Source: a virus. From it: a DNA stretch of 64,000 nucleotides. The position numbers and the translations under genes are program-made. Under the pieces are notes generated by a model. The model worked only from the letters and a program-made list of their open reading frames with translations. It did not search any database and was not told the origin of the DNA. Below are positions 1 to 9,482 of this stretch, one piece after another. How positions within the stretch are numbered: position 1 is the stretch's first letter; every line of letters begins with the position of its first letter. The stretch is from positions 4,184-68,183 of the IMG/VR virus record IMGVR_UViG_3300040811_000825; one strand, written 5' to 3'.

Positions 1-252
1 TTCAGGGAAGGTGACATCAAACTCCTCACCAGGCATCATTGCTAATGCCTCATGAGAGATTTCAGGATGGTCTTCTACCACAACATTATGTGGGGGAAGC
101 ATATTATTCACAAAGTGAACAGACTCTCCTGCTGATATTGTAACCTCTGCTGGGTCAAAAATCAAGTCTCCATTTGAACCCATTTGAACATCCACTGCCC
201 ATGCTGGTGCAGCTAGAAAAAGTGTAGCAAGAAGTGCGAAAAAGAACTTCAT
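1..252 (-). CDS. petE: Plastocyanin (5' part; runs off the window edge)
   Basis: Manual translation from ATG 252: MKFFFALLATLFLAAPAWA-VDVQMGSNGDLIFDPAEVTISAGESVHFVNNMLPPHNVVVE... Signal peptide plus the plastocyanin NN..PHNVV copper-His motif. Not in the ORF track. Confidence 0.93.
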   Translation of the reverse strand, partial: MKFFFALLATLFLAAPAWAVDVQMGSNGDLIFDPAEVTISAGESVHFVNNMLPPHNVVVEDHPEISHEALAMMPGEEFDVTFPE

Positions 253-274
253 ATAAGTCATGCGACTACATTAT

Positions 275-481
275 CTATGGCAACTTACGTCCTATGTAAC
301 GAGGATTTGTCTTGACTTCCTCACTTATCATCTCACCAAAATCATCACAACATTGACACCATTGTTGCCTTGCAATTTTAGATTTTTGCACATCTTTCAT
401 CTCATACTTCCAGTACCACCATTCATAATACAATTCCTTACATTCATCAGATTTTTTTTGAAGATGTGGTTCCCTATACAT
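275..481 (-). CDS. Hypothetical protein (68 aa, Cys/Trp-rich)
   Basis: ORF track; co-oriented with neighbours; ATAAATA late-type element upstream. Confidence 0.7.
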   Translation of the reverse strand: MYREPHLQKKSDECKELYYEWWYWKYEMKDVQKSKIARQQWCQCCDDFGEMISEEVKTNPRYIGRKLP

Positions 482-508
482 TAGGAACCTGCCCAGTAGA
501 TTACTACA

Positions 509-682
509 CTATTTATTTTTCCATTCCCACATACCTTTACATTCAATTCCCATTCTCATCATCTTTACAAGAGCCTCTTGTGCTGATTCCATTTGAAAGA
601 ATGTTGCTACTTTATCTTCACCATTAAGAACATATCCAACACAATAGAATCCATACTTCAGCGGGTCTAGAACTTTTGCCAT
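509..682 (-). CDS. Hypothetical protein (57 aa)
   Basis: Start moved to ATG 682 (MAKVLDPLKY), downstream of the terminator and a TGCTATAAT extended -10. Confidence 0.65.
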   Translation of the reverse strand: MAKVLDPLKYGFYCVGYVLNGEDKVATFFQMESAQEALVKMMRMGIECKGMWEWKNK

Positions 683-713
683 AAGTTGCCATCGAACTTT
701 TTTATTATAGCAT

Positions 714-749
714 AAAAAAAGGACCTCACTTGGAGGTCCCTTCTTTTTT
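714..749. terminator. Intrinsic terminator after the psbA unit, probably bidirectional
   Basis: A7-GGACCTC-acttg-GAGGTCC followed by a T-rich tract. Confidence 0.85.
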
Positions 750-836
750 CTTATTCTGTTTTTGTGGTCTGTATATTTGAGGCCAAGTATCACGGATGAT
801 CTCGGCCAGTTTGTATGGTGTATCGGAAGATATCAA
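726..836 (-). CDS. Small ORF coupled to the psbA stop (36 aa)
   Basis: TTG start overlaps the psbA TGA; [36 protein letters not shown]. Confidence 0.5.
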   Translation of the reverse strand: MISSDTPYKLAEIIRDTWPQIYRPQKQNKKKEGTSK

Positions 837-1915
837 CCGATGCTAGGAGCGGTGAGTGCAACAGGAGTGGACTCAGCAGCAGCAAGATCCAGAGGGAAAT
901 TGTGTGCGTTCCTCTCGTGCATTACTTCCATACCCAAACCAGCACGGTTGAGAACGTCTGCCCAAGTGTTGAGCACATGTCCTTGATTATCCATGATGGA
1001 CTGGTTGAAGTTGAAACCGTTCAGGTTGAATGCCATGGTGCTAACACCAAGTGCGGTGAACCAGATACCGATAACAGGCCAAGCAGCGAGGAAGAAGTGG
1101 AGCGAACGGGAGTTGTTGAACGAGGCATATTGGAAGATCAGACGACCAAAGTAACCGTGTGCAGCAACGATGTTATAGGTCTCTTCTTCTTGACCAAACT
1201 TGTAACCATAGTTCTGGGACTCGTTTTCGGTGGTTTCACGAACCAGCGAAGAAGTAACCAGAGAGCCGTGCATTGCACTGAACAGAGAACCACCGAAGAC
1301 ACCTGCGACGCCCAGCATGTGGAAGGGGTGCATCAGGATGTTGTGCTCTGCTTGGAAAACAAGCATGTAGTTGAAGGTGCCACTGATACCGAGAGGCATT
1401 GCGTCAGAGAAAGAACCCTGACCGAAAGGATAGACAAGGAAAACTGCGGATGCTGCTGCAACAGGAGCAGAGTAAGCAACACAGATCCAAGGACGCATAC
1501 CTAGGCGGTAAGACAGTTCCCACTCACGACCCATGTAAGCATAGATGCCGATAAGGAAGTGGAAGACTACGAGTTGGAAAGGACCACCGTTGTAAAGCCA
1601 TTCATCCAGAGATGCAGCTTCCCAAATGGGGTAGAAGTGAAGACCAATTGCGTTTGAAGAAGGGACAACAGCACCAGAAATGATGTTGTTACCATACATG
1701 AGTGAACCAGCAACGGGTTCACGGATGCCATCAATGTCCACAGGGGGAGCACCGATAAAGGCGATGATGAAACAAGTAGTAGCAGCAAGCAGGCAAGGAA
1801 TCATCAGGACTCCGAACCAACCAACATACAGACGGTTATCTGTGCTGGTGACCCACTGACAAAATTGTTCCCAAGTATTCGATTGTTGTTGACGTGAAAG
1901 AGTAGCGTTAGCCAT
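833..1915 (-). CDS. psbA: Photosystem II D1 protein
   Basis: Full-length uninterrupted D1 ([41 protein letters not shown]). Confidence 0.99.
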   Translation of the reverse strand: MANATLSRQQQSNTWEQFCQWVTSTDNRLYVGWFGVLMIPCLLAATTCFIIAFIGAPPVDIDGIREPVAGSLMYGNNIISGAVVPSSNAIGLHFYPIWEAASLDEWLYNGGPFQLVVFHFLIGIYAYMGREWELSYRLGMRPWICVAYSAPVAAASAVFLVYPFGQGSFSDAMPLGISGTFNYMLVFQAEHNILMHPFHMLGVAGVFGGSLFSAMHGSLVTSSLVRETTENESQNYGYKFGQEEETYNIVAAHGYFGRLIFQYASFNNSRSLHFFLAAWPVIGIWFTALGVSTMAFNLNGFNFNQSIMDNQGHVLNTWADVLNRAGLGMEVMHERNAHNFPLDLAAAESTPVALTAPSIG

Positions 1916-1924
1916 TTGTTTGTA

Positions 1925-2040
1925 CGAAAAGTAAGACCATCAGGGAAATGGTGGAGTTACTATTTCCCAAGACCCCTCGCCTTGGGATATGAGAGACGTG
2001 ATTTATACACCCTATAGGTCTCGGTTTGGGGTGTTCGACA
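1925..2040 (-). ncRNA. Structured psbA 5' leader, probably a PhotoRC-II-type motif
   Basis: Hairpins CCCAAG-gcgaggggt-CTTGGG and ACCAT-ttccctg-ATGGT upstream of psbA. Family name recalled, not searched. Confidence 0.6.
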
Positions 2041-2076
2041 ACGGTTAAGAAATGTTTCATTTCTGCGTCGTTGATG

Positions 2077-2110
2077 TATTTATATTACTACGGTTTCCCG
2101 CCCCCGTCAA
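2077..2110 (-). promoter_or_regulatory. Overlapping sigma70-type and T4 late promoters of psbA
   Basis: TTGACG-N17-TAATAT overlapping TATAAATA (2084-2077). Confidence 0.75.
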
Positions 2111-2114
2111 GGCC

Positions 2115-4742
2115 CTACTTTGGTTTTTTGTCTGAAGAAGTCATATCTTCCCCTAAATCAAATCTCCAGTTAGAAAATTTCTCCGAAGAAACATCAACTT
2201 TAAAACTTTCTTTAATTTCAGTATTGCTCTTTTTAACAGACTGCTTCACCCATCTAAGTTTGGAAGTATCCTTTTTCTTTTTCTTCTTAAGATACTTACT
2301 GACAGATAACTTTTTGGTAGACCTTTCCAATTTAATTTTTCTGTCTGCCATGACATCACCAAATACTTGATGAAAATTAACAGGTTTCTTTGGATCACTA
2401 TAAGTTTTTGGATCTGTAAGCGCGATAGTTTTCTTTGTTGCTTGAGTAATTTTATTAAATAATCTTTGGTTTTCTGGGAATTGAGTTTCAATATATTCAT
2501 CAGCAGCTGCAAGTTGCTGATCCATTTTCCAATTCAGTTCTGCAAGTCTTGGATCATGTTTGGGATACCGTGTCTGTGCATGAATCAATTCCTCTGGATG
2601 AGCAGCAAGAAAAGCATTGATTCTATTGATTGTATCCATCATCCCAGAAATTTCACTATCCTTCAGTTTATGATTTCTAACCAAATCTTTTTTTGTAATC
2701 TTGATTACAGGCTCTCTGTCAATTGGTTTTGGTGCCAGTAAAGACTTGGAACTATATCCACCGACCATTGGTGCAGGTGGTTTCTTAGGATACTCTGGTG
2801 CAATATCATTTGGGTTAAACCAACGCTTCGCTTGATTTTTTTCAATATTAGTATGCTTTGGAGATTCCCACCCTTCAGAGAGGGTAAATGATTCTTTAAT
2901 TTGCGAAGCAGGAATAACAATTCTTATATTAACTAAAGGGTCTTTTCTTCCAGGAGTGCCTGGCATAATAGCACCAATAGATTGATCAAACTTAGTAAGT
3001 ATATCTTTCTCCAGTTCTTTATTACCAAGAGAAACTGTTTTTGCAAAATCTCCAGTTGTACCTCCAAAAAGAAATGGTTTTTTACCGACATCTCCACCCG
3101 CATCAAACGCATAAGTATCATCTATAACCAAATCTCCCTTTTCATTAAAATAAGGATCGGAGGTTAAGTTATTAAGTGTACCTTTAGCACCAAAATTAAA
3201 ATCGGTATTAATATTATTTTGAACTGCCCGCCTAAGTTCAGGTCCAGTCATGTTGCGATTAATACCTTTGACCAATGTTTTATTGGTAGATGAAGAAAGA
3301 GTTCTTGGAACTGGATTTTCTTTAGATCCAGGAATTCCAGGTCTCAAAGTTGGTCTATCTTCACCTTGTTTTGGAGGTTTAAGACCACCATATTTCTCTG
3401 CAGTTTTAATTGCACTCTTAACATCACTAAGAACTTGCAATCCATCAGTAACTCCATTAAAAATTTTGGAACCTTCACCAGCAACTTTTTTAATAATGTT
3501 AGTCAGTCCCCGAGATTGTACCATTACTGAAGTAGTATTAGCATACCCCTGCCTCATAACATCTCCGAAAGATTTCCCACTATTAATAGCAGCTTCTCCA
3601 CCACCTGCTCTATACGCAGCAAGTTGACTTGCATTTAAAACTGTATATCCACTATCAGTCTTAACTATAGCACCTCCAGGTGGAACCTTTGGAGTTTCAT
3701 CTGGTCTTGGAGTTGGTGTAGGTCTTGGAGTTGGTGTAGGTCTTGGAGTTGGTGTAGGTGTAGGTGTAGGTCTTGGAGTTGGTGTAGGTTCCGAATCTCC
3801 ACCAGACATTGCTTGTCTTATGTAATCATATCCTCTTTTTCCAAGATTAAGTAGATCCATAAGAAAGTTAGAAGGATCTCCTGGATAATAATTTGGATCT
3901 CCAAGATCATTTGTGCGTATGAGTATTGGTCTTGGAGGAATAGCTGGGTCTCCAGGAATAAGAGGAGAACCAGGATCCGTTTGAACTCTATTTCTCAAAA
4001 GATTGCCGTCGGCATCTGCTGGAAGCCACACTGTCCATGCATATAAAACACGATCGGCAAGTGGACTACCATCAGAACTTGAACTGCTTGTACCTGATGG
4101 ATAGTATTGAGAACCTCCCTTACAAGATCCAAACAAACAATCAATCGATTGCCATTGATAAACTTGTTTTACAATTTTTCCTTCAAATGGCCAGTTACTA
4201 TAAGCAGCACTAATTGCATTACCAATGTCACCATTAGGATATGCGGTAGTACCTGTACCCCTAATACCAGATCCGCCAACATAACCAATATAATTCCACC
4301 CCAACCAACCACTACGAAAAGCTACAGCACCAATTGGGAGATCATCTCCATAGTCAAGTGTTTCGCCATTATAAGTTTCGATATAACGAAGTGCAGGAAC
4401 TTGTTCACCATTATAGGTAGAATATAAATTACTTGGTATTACAGGGTCATTGTCTGGATTACCATCACCCTGATCAGGCCAAGAAAAATCATCACCATTA
4501 CCACTAAGTCCGCCTTCATCAACATCCACATATGTTGGGGGAACTGCAGGAGTATCTGGTGTTGCAGGCGTTCCCCCATCATCACCATAAAGAGAATAAA
4601 CCATGGTTATGCTATTAGTAGGAGCTTCCGATAGCACACCAGTTTTTTCTAATTCTTTATCTAAGTTTGCAATTTTTTCATTAATAATATCAAGAGATGA
4701 TTTTTTCTTTTTGTATTTTTTCTTCCAAGATCTCTTTGTCAC
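2115..4742 (-). CDS. Large hypothetical protein, probably virion or internal, with a Pro-Thr linker
   Basis: 875 aa ORF; basic N-terminus, LSE-APTNS motif, PTPTPR repeats; ATAAATA upstream. Confidence 0.8.
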   Translation of the reverse strand: MTKRSWKKKYKKKKSSLDIINEKIANLDKELEKTGVLSEAPTNSITMVYSLYGDDGGTPATPDTPAVPPTYVDVDEGGLSGNGDDFSWPDQGDGNPDNDPVIPSNLYSTYNGEQVPALRYIETYNGETLDYGDDLPIGAVAFRSGWLGWNYIGYVGGSGIRGTGTTAYPNGDIGNAISAAYSNWPFEGKIVKQVYQWQSIDCLFGSCKGGSQYYPSGTSSSSSDGSPLADRVLYAWTVWLPADADGNLLRNRVQTDPGSPLIPGDPAIPPRPILIRTNDLGDPNYYPGDPSNFLMDLLNLGKRGYDYIRQAMSGGDSEPTPTPRPTPTPTPTPRPTPTPRPTPTPRPDETPKVPPGGAIVKTDSGYTVLNASQLAAYRAGGGEAAINSGKSFGDVMRQGYANTTSVMVQSRGLTNIIKKVAGEGSKIFNGVTDGLQVLSDVKSAIKTAEKYGGLKPPKQGEDRPTLRPGIPGSKENPVPRTLSSSTNKTLVKGINRNMTGPELRRAVQNNINTDFNFGAKGTLNNLTSDPYFNEKGDLVIDDTYAFDAGGDVGKKPFLFGGTTGDFAKTVSLGNKELEKDILTKFDQSIGAIMPGTPGRKDPLVNIRIVIPASQIKESFTLSEGWESPKHTNIEKNQAKRWFNPNDIAPEYPKKPPAPMVGGYSSKSLLAPKPIDREPVIKITKKDLVRNHKLKDSEISGMMDTINRINAFLAAHPEELIHAQTRYPKHDPRLAELNWKMDQQLAAADEYIETQFPENQRLFNKITQATKKTIALTDPKTYSDPKKPVNFHQVFGDVMADRKIKLERSTKKLSVSKYLKKKKKKDTSKLRWVKQSVKKSNTEIKESFKVDVSSEKFSNWRFDLGEDMTSSDKKPK
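3703..3789. repeat. Coding tandem repeat: 18-bp unit GGTCTTGGAGTTGGTGTA x4 plus GGTGTA x2
   Basis: Read directly; encodes PTPTPR linker repeats. Confidence 0.95.
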
Positions 4743-4820
4743 TTCAATCTTTTAAACTTTTTATATATTTATTCTACCATATCTTTTCCTAAATACTTAC
4801 AGTGTAAATACTCTAGGTTA

Positions 4821-5279
4821 ATGAAGAAAGCGTTAATAGCTTTTGGAATGTTACTGATGACCGCAGGTGCAGCAAATGCAGGCGGACTTGTTACTAAACA
4901 TGCTTCTTCAGTCCAACTGACTGTTGATGCTGCTCGCTCTACTGCTGTAAGAATTGGTGGTAGTTATTCTGCCTCTGGTTCTAACATCACGGCAGGCACG
5001 ATGGGTGGCGTTTCCACTGGTGCTGGCACATACACTGTCACTACATCTGGTCAAGATTGGTCGTTGAGTGAAACATACAACGCAGCAGATAGTGTCCCTG
5101 CCGCTGCTGTTAGCACAGGTGATGTTCCTAACTTCGGTAACCTTACCTCTTATGCTGCTGGTTCTGCTGGCACACTCGCAGGTACGATTGACAGAACTCA
5201 TGCTATCACGCTGACTGCTGGTGGTGCTGGTTCATCTGCTACAGGACAGTTCGTTACCGAAATCACCGTTATTGATTGA
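4821..5279 (+). CDS. Secreted Gly/Ser/Thr-rich hypothetical protein
   Basis: Signal peptide MKKALIAFGMLLMTAGAANA; CTAAATA and GTAAATA late-like elements upstream. Confidence 0.85.
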   Translation: MKKALIAFGMLLMTAGAANAGGLVTKHASSVQLTVDAARSTAVRIGGSYSASGSNITAGTMGGVSTGAGTYTVTTSGQDWSLSETYNAADSVPAAAVSTGDVPNFGNLTSYAAGSAGTLAGTIDRTHAITLTAGGAGSSATGQFVTEITVID

Positions 5280-5287
5280 TAATAAAT

Positions 5288-5731
5288 ATGACTAGATTAT
5301 CAGAAGCAATCGGTCTCGGATTGGTTCTTGGTGCAATACACGGTTTGGTACAACCAGCATATTCAGTTCCGGTTGTACCAAATTTCACACAAGGCTCCAT
5401 GACCAGTCATACAGAGACGACACAAAAAATTACAGAGACCATCAACTCGATGGACTATAACACAGGGTATCAATACTCTGTAACAGGTAGTGGAATTTCA
5501 GCATCAGGTAACTTATCTCCTGAAACATCCGAATCTTCATCAAACATTGAAGGAGTGACATCAAAATGGGTTGGACTCAACAGCAGACCAAACTTTACAC
5601 AGACAGCACCAGGAGCAGCGTTTCAGTTCACAGAAACGTACATGGGTCCTGGTTTAAGCAATCAAACAATCATTCAAAGAGAGACAATAATAGAAAGCGT
5701 AACAGACACTACATCCATCTTCAGTCAGTAA
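5288..5731 (+). CDS. Secreted Thr/Ser-rich hypothetical protein
   Basis: Signal-like N-terminus ending AYS; start set at ATG 5288. Confidence 0.8.
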   Translation: MTRLSEAIGLGLVLGAIHGLVQPAYSVPVVPNFTQGSMTSHTETTQKITETINSMDYNTGYQYSVTGSGISASGNLSPETSESSSNIEGVTSKWVGLNSRPNFTQTAPGAAFQFTETYMGPGLSNQTIIQRETIIESVTDTTSIFSQ

Positions 5732-6498
5732 TAGGATCACTTCTTCTTGGACTTCTATCCCCGACTAATGCATTGGCTGAAACTGTCGGTGGTGTTAGTG
5801 CCACTGCTAGTCCTGTTGCTAACTCTTCAGGGAGTGTTACTAACCAGGCGATACAGGTGTTGCAGGGCCCGTATATTACGAATACATACGGCGGCGGGAT
5901 CCAGTGTCAGGGTCCTACGCTAAATTTCACACCATATGTAACAGGTGCAGTATCTGCTGCCAAACCATATGAGGGTTATTATAACGATCCAGTTTATGAT
6001 GTGACAGATAACTTTGGTGCTTTTGATGATGATGGAAGGCCAATTGGTGATGGTGTTTTAGACAATCCTGGTGATGTTATCTTCTATAAAAGAACCAGGA
6101 CTGGACAAAAAGATAACTATAATCTGAGTGTTGGTTTCTCTGCTACTTGGAGTAGGCCATTAGATGAAAAACTACAAGACCAATGTAAACAAGCAGCAGC
6201 AACTCAAATTGCACTACAACAGCAGATTACTGCAAATAAAAGATTAGATTTTGAAATTGCCAGACTAAAAAATTGTGGAGAATTAAAACTCAAAGGAATA
6301 CAATTTCACCCCAAGTCTCCTTATTATAAAGTGTGTGCAGATGTGGTAGTAAATAATCCTCCAGGACATACTCACCCACATTATCATACTATCCCTTCCG
6401 TTTCTTCTTCCTCGGGAACACAGAACGCAACTCCCGAACAGCGTGGTTCATCTGACGCTGCGCTGCTCGGCGCTCCCCTGACGACAGGACGGGAATAG
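5566..6498 (+). CDS. Secreted hypothetical protein (start uncertain)
   Basis: Internal signal-like segment VIGSLLLGLLSPTNALA; four Cys; coiled segment. Confidence 0.75.
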   Translation: MGWTQQQTKLYTDSTRSSVSVHRNVHGSWFKQSNNHSKRDNNRKRNRHYIHLQSVIGSLLLGLLSPTNALAETVGGVSATASPVANSSGSVTNQAIQVLQGPYITNTYGGGIQCQGPTLNFTPYVTGAVSAAKPYEGYYNDPVYDVTDNFGAFDDDGRPIGDGVLDNPGDVIFYKRTRTGQKDNYNLSVGFSATWSRPLDEKLQDQCKQAAATQIALQQQITANKRLDFEIARLKNCGELKLKGIQFHPKSPYYKVCADVVVNNPPGHTHPHYHTIPSVSSSSGTQNATPEQRGSSDAALLGAPLTTGRE

Positions 6499-7195
6499 GT
6501 TTCTTCCTGATCGTAGCAATCTTCTTCATCACTTTCTTAACCGTTGGTTTGACTGCTTTCAATAGCAGATCTGCCAACGGTTTTGCTAATAGTGCTGATG
6601 CTGTAGCAATCACAGCAACACCACCTACCTGAACAACCTGACCACCACTAGGCAGTCCAGCTACTATCTGTTGAGGTAGTGGGACTGCTTCTGTTATCTG
6701 GACACACTCGTTGCCTATCAGTTTATATTCAACAACCTTCTTTCGGAAACCCTCTACATATGTTCCGACAGGTTCTTTGGCATTCTGTGCTGGTGTAGGA
6801 CAATCTACCTTTACTGTATTAACTGGAGGGGTTACTTCTGGTGCTTTAGGTAACTCTGGTGGTAATGGTTTATCTGGTGTATCAGTTTTTGGAACAGGAG
6901 CAGGACGAGTAATCGTCATCTGTTCAGGTTCAAAAGAAATAGGATTAAAACTGGGAATACCAGAATCACAATACGTAACCAGTCCTGCTTCGTCATCTTG
7001 ACCTACAGTTTTAGATTTGTTGTTGCTCTCATGGGCTTCAACGCAACCAGGAACATCAACAATTGGTACACCAATATTTACCACTACAGGTGGTGCTAGT
7101 GGAGTTGATGTGTAATATTCGTTAGCAGTTACAACCTGTGGAATGTCAATCTCCCTAACATTGATGTTGGGAGAAGTGATGTTAGGTATCTCCAT
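6389..7195 (-). CDS. Pro-rich hypothetical protein with C-terminal hydrophobic and basic segments
   Basis: 268 aa; two Cys pairs; converges on and overlaps the preceding ORF by 110 bp. Confidence 0.8.
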   Translation of the reverse strand: MEIPNITSPNINVREIDIPQVVTANEYYTSTPLAPPVVVNIGVPIVDVPGCVEAHESNNKSKTVGQDDEAGLVTYCDSGIPSFNPISFEPEQMTITRPAPVPKTDTPDKPLPPELPKAPEVTPPVNTVKVDCPTPAQNAKEPVGTYVEGFRKKVVEYKLIGNECVQITEAVPLPQQIVAGLPSGGQVVQVGGVAVIATASALLAKPLADLLLKAVKPTVKKVMKKIATIRKKPIPVLSSGERRAAQRQMNHAVRELRSVFPRKKKRKG

Positions 7196-7308
7196 TAGTC
7201 CTCAAAGAATTTAAAAATACCAGTCCAAATAGAATGGAAGAAAACATATAGAAAGAAAGTTTCAGATGCTTCTTTCTTTACTCTCTTTTTGTAGGTTGAT
7301 TGTGCCAT
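7195..7308 (-). CDS. Small membrane peptide (37 aa)
   Basis: MAQSTYKKRVKKEASETFFLYVFFHSIWTGIFKFFED; TAATG coupling to the next gene. Confidence 0.6.
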   Translation of the reverse strand: MAQSTYKKRVKKEASETFFLYVFFHSIWTGIFKFFED

Positions 7309-7378
7309 ATCTTTTAATAACGATACCCCTTATTTAACTTTGTGCCGTATCTTTTAATAACGGTATACCTTATTTAAC
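7301..7378. repeat. Tandem duplication, 38-bp unit at a 40-bp period
   Basis: tgtgccatatcttttaataacgataccccttatttaac vs tgtgccgtatcttttaataacggtataccttatttaac. Confidence 0.9.
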
Positions 7379-7397
7379 AAAACTCATCAAATTTTAA

Positions 7398-7496
7398 TTA
7401 ATTTATATCACCACTTCGATATCTTACTGGCCAAGTTCTGTCTAGAGTAAAGGACAATAGAAATATAAATCCAAAAATAAAAATGCTAGCAATCAT
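7398..7496 (-). CDS. Small membrane peptide (32 aa)
   Basis: MIASIFIFGFIFLLSFTLDRTWPVRYRSGDIN; ATGA overlap with the nuclease stop. Confidence 0.5.
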   Translation of the reverse strand: MIASIFIFGFIFLLSFTLDRTWPVRYRSGDIN

Positions 7497-7951
7497 ACTA
7501 ATGTCCCATGTTGTCTACGAATTTCTCTGAGTTCCTCAAAGTTCTTCTGCTTAGTACCACCGTCGTATGCCCAGGCATATCCTTCGGTAATCATTTGTTC
7601 GTTGAGGGAGAGTTCTGCGTCACCAATGTACAACCACCCAAGTAAGCGACCATACTTACCCATGCCGCCGACAAGCTCAGTACGAATAATAAGGTCATCA
7701 TCACCACTAATTGCCCCCTCTAATTTTTCTTTTAACCAATTTGTTGCATCATAACCTAATGCTTTCTCTTCTTCATCTCTTGTTCTCTTCTCAGGTGTAT
7801 CAACTCCTGCAACTCTAACTCTTTCTTTCTTGTATAGATCAAACCCGAGATCAATAGTAACGTCAATAGTATCACCATCGACAACACGATTAATTTCTAT
7901 AACTCGGAAGTTGTAACAACTCTTCCGACTTGGTGGGGTCATTGCTCCCAT
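7493..7951 (-). CDS. Thermonuclease (SNase-like) family nuclease
   Basis: RVVDGDTIDV, RVRVAGVDTPE, GKYGRLLG, LNEQMITEGYA motifs. Confidence 0.9.
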   Translation of the reverse strand: MGAMTPPSRKSCYNFRVIEINRVVDGDTIDVTIDLGFDLYKKERVRVAGVDTPEKRTRDEEEKALGYDATNWLKEKLEGAISGDDDLIIRTELVGGMGKYGRLLGWLYIGDAELSLNEQMITEGYAWAYDGGTKQKNFEELREIRRQHGTLV

Positions 7952-8234
7952 GATTTACCTCCTGTGCGTTTGCTGCAATACCAATCACAAAAGCACCAAC
8001 CGCAATAACTGCAGCAGCACCCCATACCCAACGTTCTAGTTGTCTGACCCTATTCTTAAGGTCATCATTTTGTTTTTCAATACGACTTGCAAAAGAATCC
8101 AACTCACTCATTTGAGGAACTTCTTTCATACGTTCCTCTAAAGAAATAACTCTTTCTCTAAAACTTTCTACTCTACTTTCTAGAACAGCAAGTTTAGAAT
8201 CCTGTTCGGCATCCTTATTCGTCAGGTCGCTCAT
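7890..8234 (-). CDS. Coiled-coil protein with a TM helix
   Basis: Heptad-rich N-terminus followed by WVWGAAAVIAVGAFVIGIA. Confidence 0.75.
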   Translation of the reverse strand: MSDLTNKDAEQDSKLAVLESRVESFRERVISLEERMKEVPQMSELDSFASRIEKQNDDLKNRVRQLERWVWGAAAVIAVGAFVIGIAANAQEVNHGSNDPTKSEELLQLPSYRN

Positions 8235-8370
8235 CTTTCATTTCATTATTTGCCATACGAAGTATATATGCAACATAATACAAAACCCCTGCCAAAAGAA
8301 TGGCAAGGGAAACAATTACACTCCACGTTGGGTCATTTATATCCGCGAGGGGGCGAAGGAACAGTTCCAT
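8215..8370 (-). CDS. Small membrane protein (51 aa)
   Basis: Manual translation: MELFLRPLADINDPTWSVIVSLAILLAGVLYYVAYILRMANNEMKDERPDE. Confidence 0.6.
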   Translation of the reverse strand: MELFLRPLADINDPTWSVIVSLAILLAGVLYYVAYILRMANNEMKDERPDE

Positions 8371-8536
8371 CTTTACTATTCATACTAGGTATCATTTGAT
8401 AAGAGAGTTTATCTCTCAACCTATTTACACGCTCTTCATCAAACTTAGAGAAATGTCCGCGTTTCTCAACATGTTTATAATAATGTAAAGCATTTTGGAG
8501 GATTGTAAAATCTTCCATATCTAAATCAAATTTCAT
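8333..8536 (-). CDS. Hypothetical protein
   Basis: ORF track; start at ATG 8536 by TAATG coupling. Confidence 0.65.
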   Translation of the reverse strand: MKFDLDMEDFTILQNALHYYKHVEKRGHFSKFDEERVNRLRDKLSYQMIPSMNSKDGTVPSPPRGYK

Positions 8537-9165
8537 TAGCAATCATTAATCATAGATCCAACTTCAGAACCAAGTTCCGAGCCAACATTTTGTCCTAGAA
8601 GAGTTGCCCATCCTGCAGCTAACCACCCAATGTAGGGAATATTAATTACAGCAGGAACAATAACTCCAGCAGAAATAGCACTACCTGCCATCGCACCTTG
8701 TGACCGTGCTCCAGCGTCCGCCACGATGCACTCTATGTCTTTTGCAGACTTTCCCTCTTCACCTGTTGCACCTCCCATATTTCTCACACCTTCCATAGTA
8801 TATTGATCGCGACGATATTCATCACGTTTTTCTGTACCACCACCAAACCACCCCTGTCTAGTTCTATTAAGATTCATCGATCTTTCAGATTCCAAAACTT
8901 TGGGATCATTTGCACGATATTCAATTTCATACCCATCCTTACCTGCCTTAATTCGATAAGATGAATATGGGCCGCGAGGAAGATTAAATGTAGGTGGTTG
9001 TTGAGTAGCAGGTTCTTTCTTTATCAAATGACCAAGAACACCAATGTGCGCTACAGCAATAACCCCACCAACACCAATAACAAACCACTTGAATGGAGAG
9101 ATTTGTTTTGATGTTGATGGGGTTTCACCTACAGTTTCTGTAGATTGTTTTAGTATTTTATTCAT
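8536..9165 (-). CDS. Membrane protein with a C-terminal glycine-rich hydrophobic region
   Basis: N-terminal TM; GAMAGSAISAGVIVP...GWLAAGWATLLG. Confidence 0.8.
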   Translation of the reverse strand: MNKILKQSTETVGETPSTSKQISPFKWFVIGVGGVIAVAHIGVLGHLIKKEPATQQPPTFNLPRGPYSSYRIKAGKDGYEIEYRANDPKVLESERSMNLNRTRQGWFGGGTEKRDEYRRDQYTMEGVRNMGGATGEEGKSAKDIECIVADAGARSQGAMAGSAISAGVIVPAVINIPYIGWLAAGWATLLGQNVGSELGSEVGSMINDC

Positions 9166-9482
9166 GGTTTCTTAGGTTCAACCGCAGACACTACAGATGG
9201 TTCTTCTTTTTTTATCGCTGGTGCAGTTTTAGCAGCGGCACCACCTGCTTTAGCAGGAGACAATCCAAATGCAGCTAGTGAGCCGGAGAATACCGAAGCG
9301 ATGAATGTAGGGTCAAAGTCAAGAATCTTTTGACCGTTAGGTAAGCGAACGTAACTAAAGGTTAGGAGAGAAGCGGACCAAATAAGTACAACAACTTTCA
9401 CCAAATTACCAAGAACTTCACTTTTATCTTCATGCTGGTCGTCTTTCTCTTCTACCTTTGCTTTAGATTTATTTCCGAGCAT
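9162..9482 (-). CDS. Two-TM membrane protein
   Basis: Two hydrophobic segments with charged termini. Confidence 0.8.
   Translation of the reverse strand: MLGNKSKAKVEEKDDQHEDKSEVLGNLVKVVVLIWSASLLTFSYVRLPNGQKILDFDPTFIASVFSGSLAAFGLSPAKAGGAAAKTAPAIKKEEPSVVSAVEPKKP

Noticed and set aside
683-793. N-terminal extension of ORF 509..793 in the track
   Set aside because: It runs through the terminator and promoter; ATG 682 is more plausible
762-1504. Plus-strand ORFs of 74 and 229 aa opposite psbA
   Set aside because: Antisense shadows produced by D1 codon bias; no RBS or recognisable motif
833-1915. Possible group I intron or homing endonuclease in psbA
   Set aside because: The 360-aa frame is continuous and of normal length
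3703-3789. Short direct repeats as a CRISPR array
   Set aside because: No spacers; an in-frame coding Pro-Thr linker
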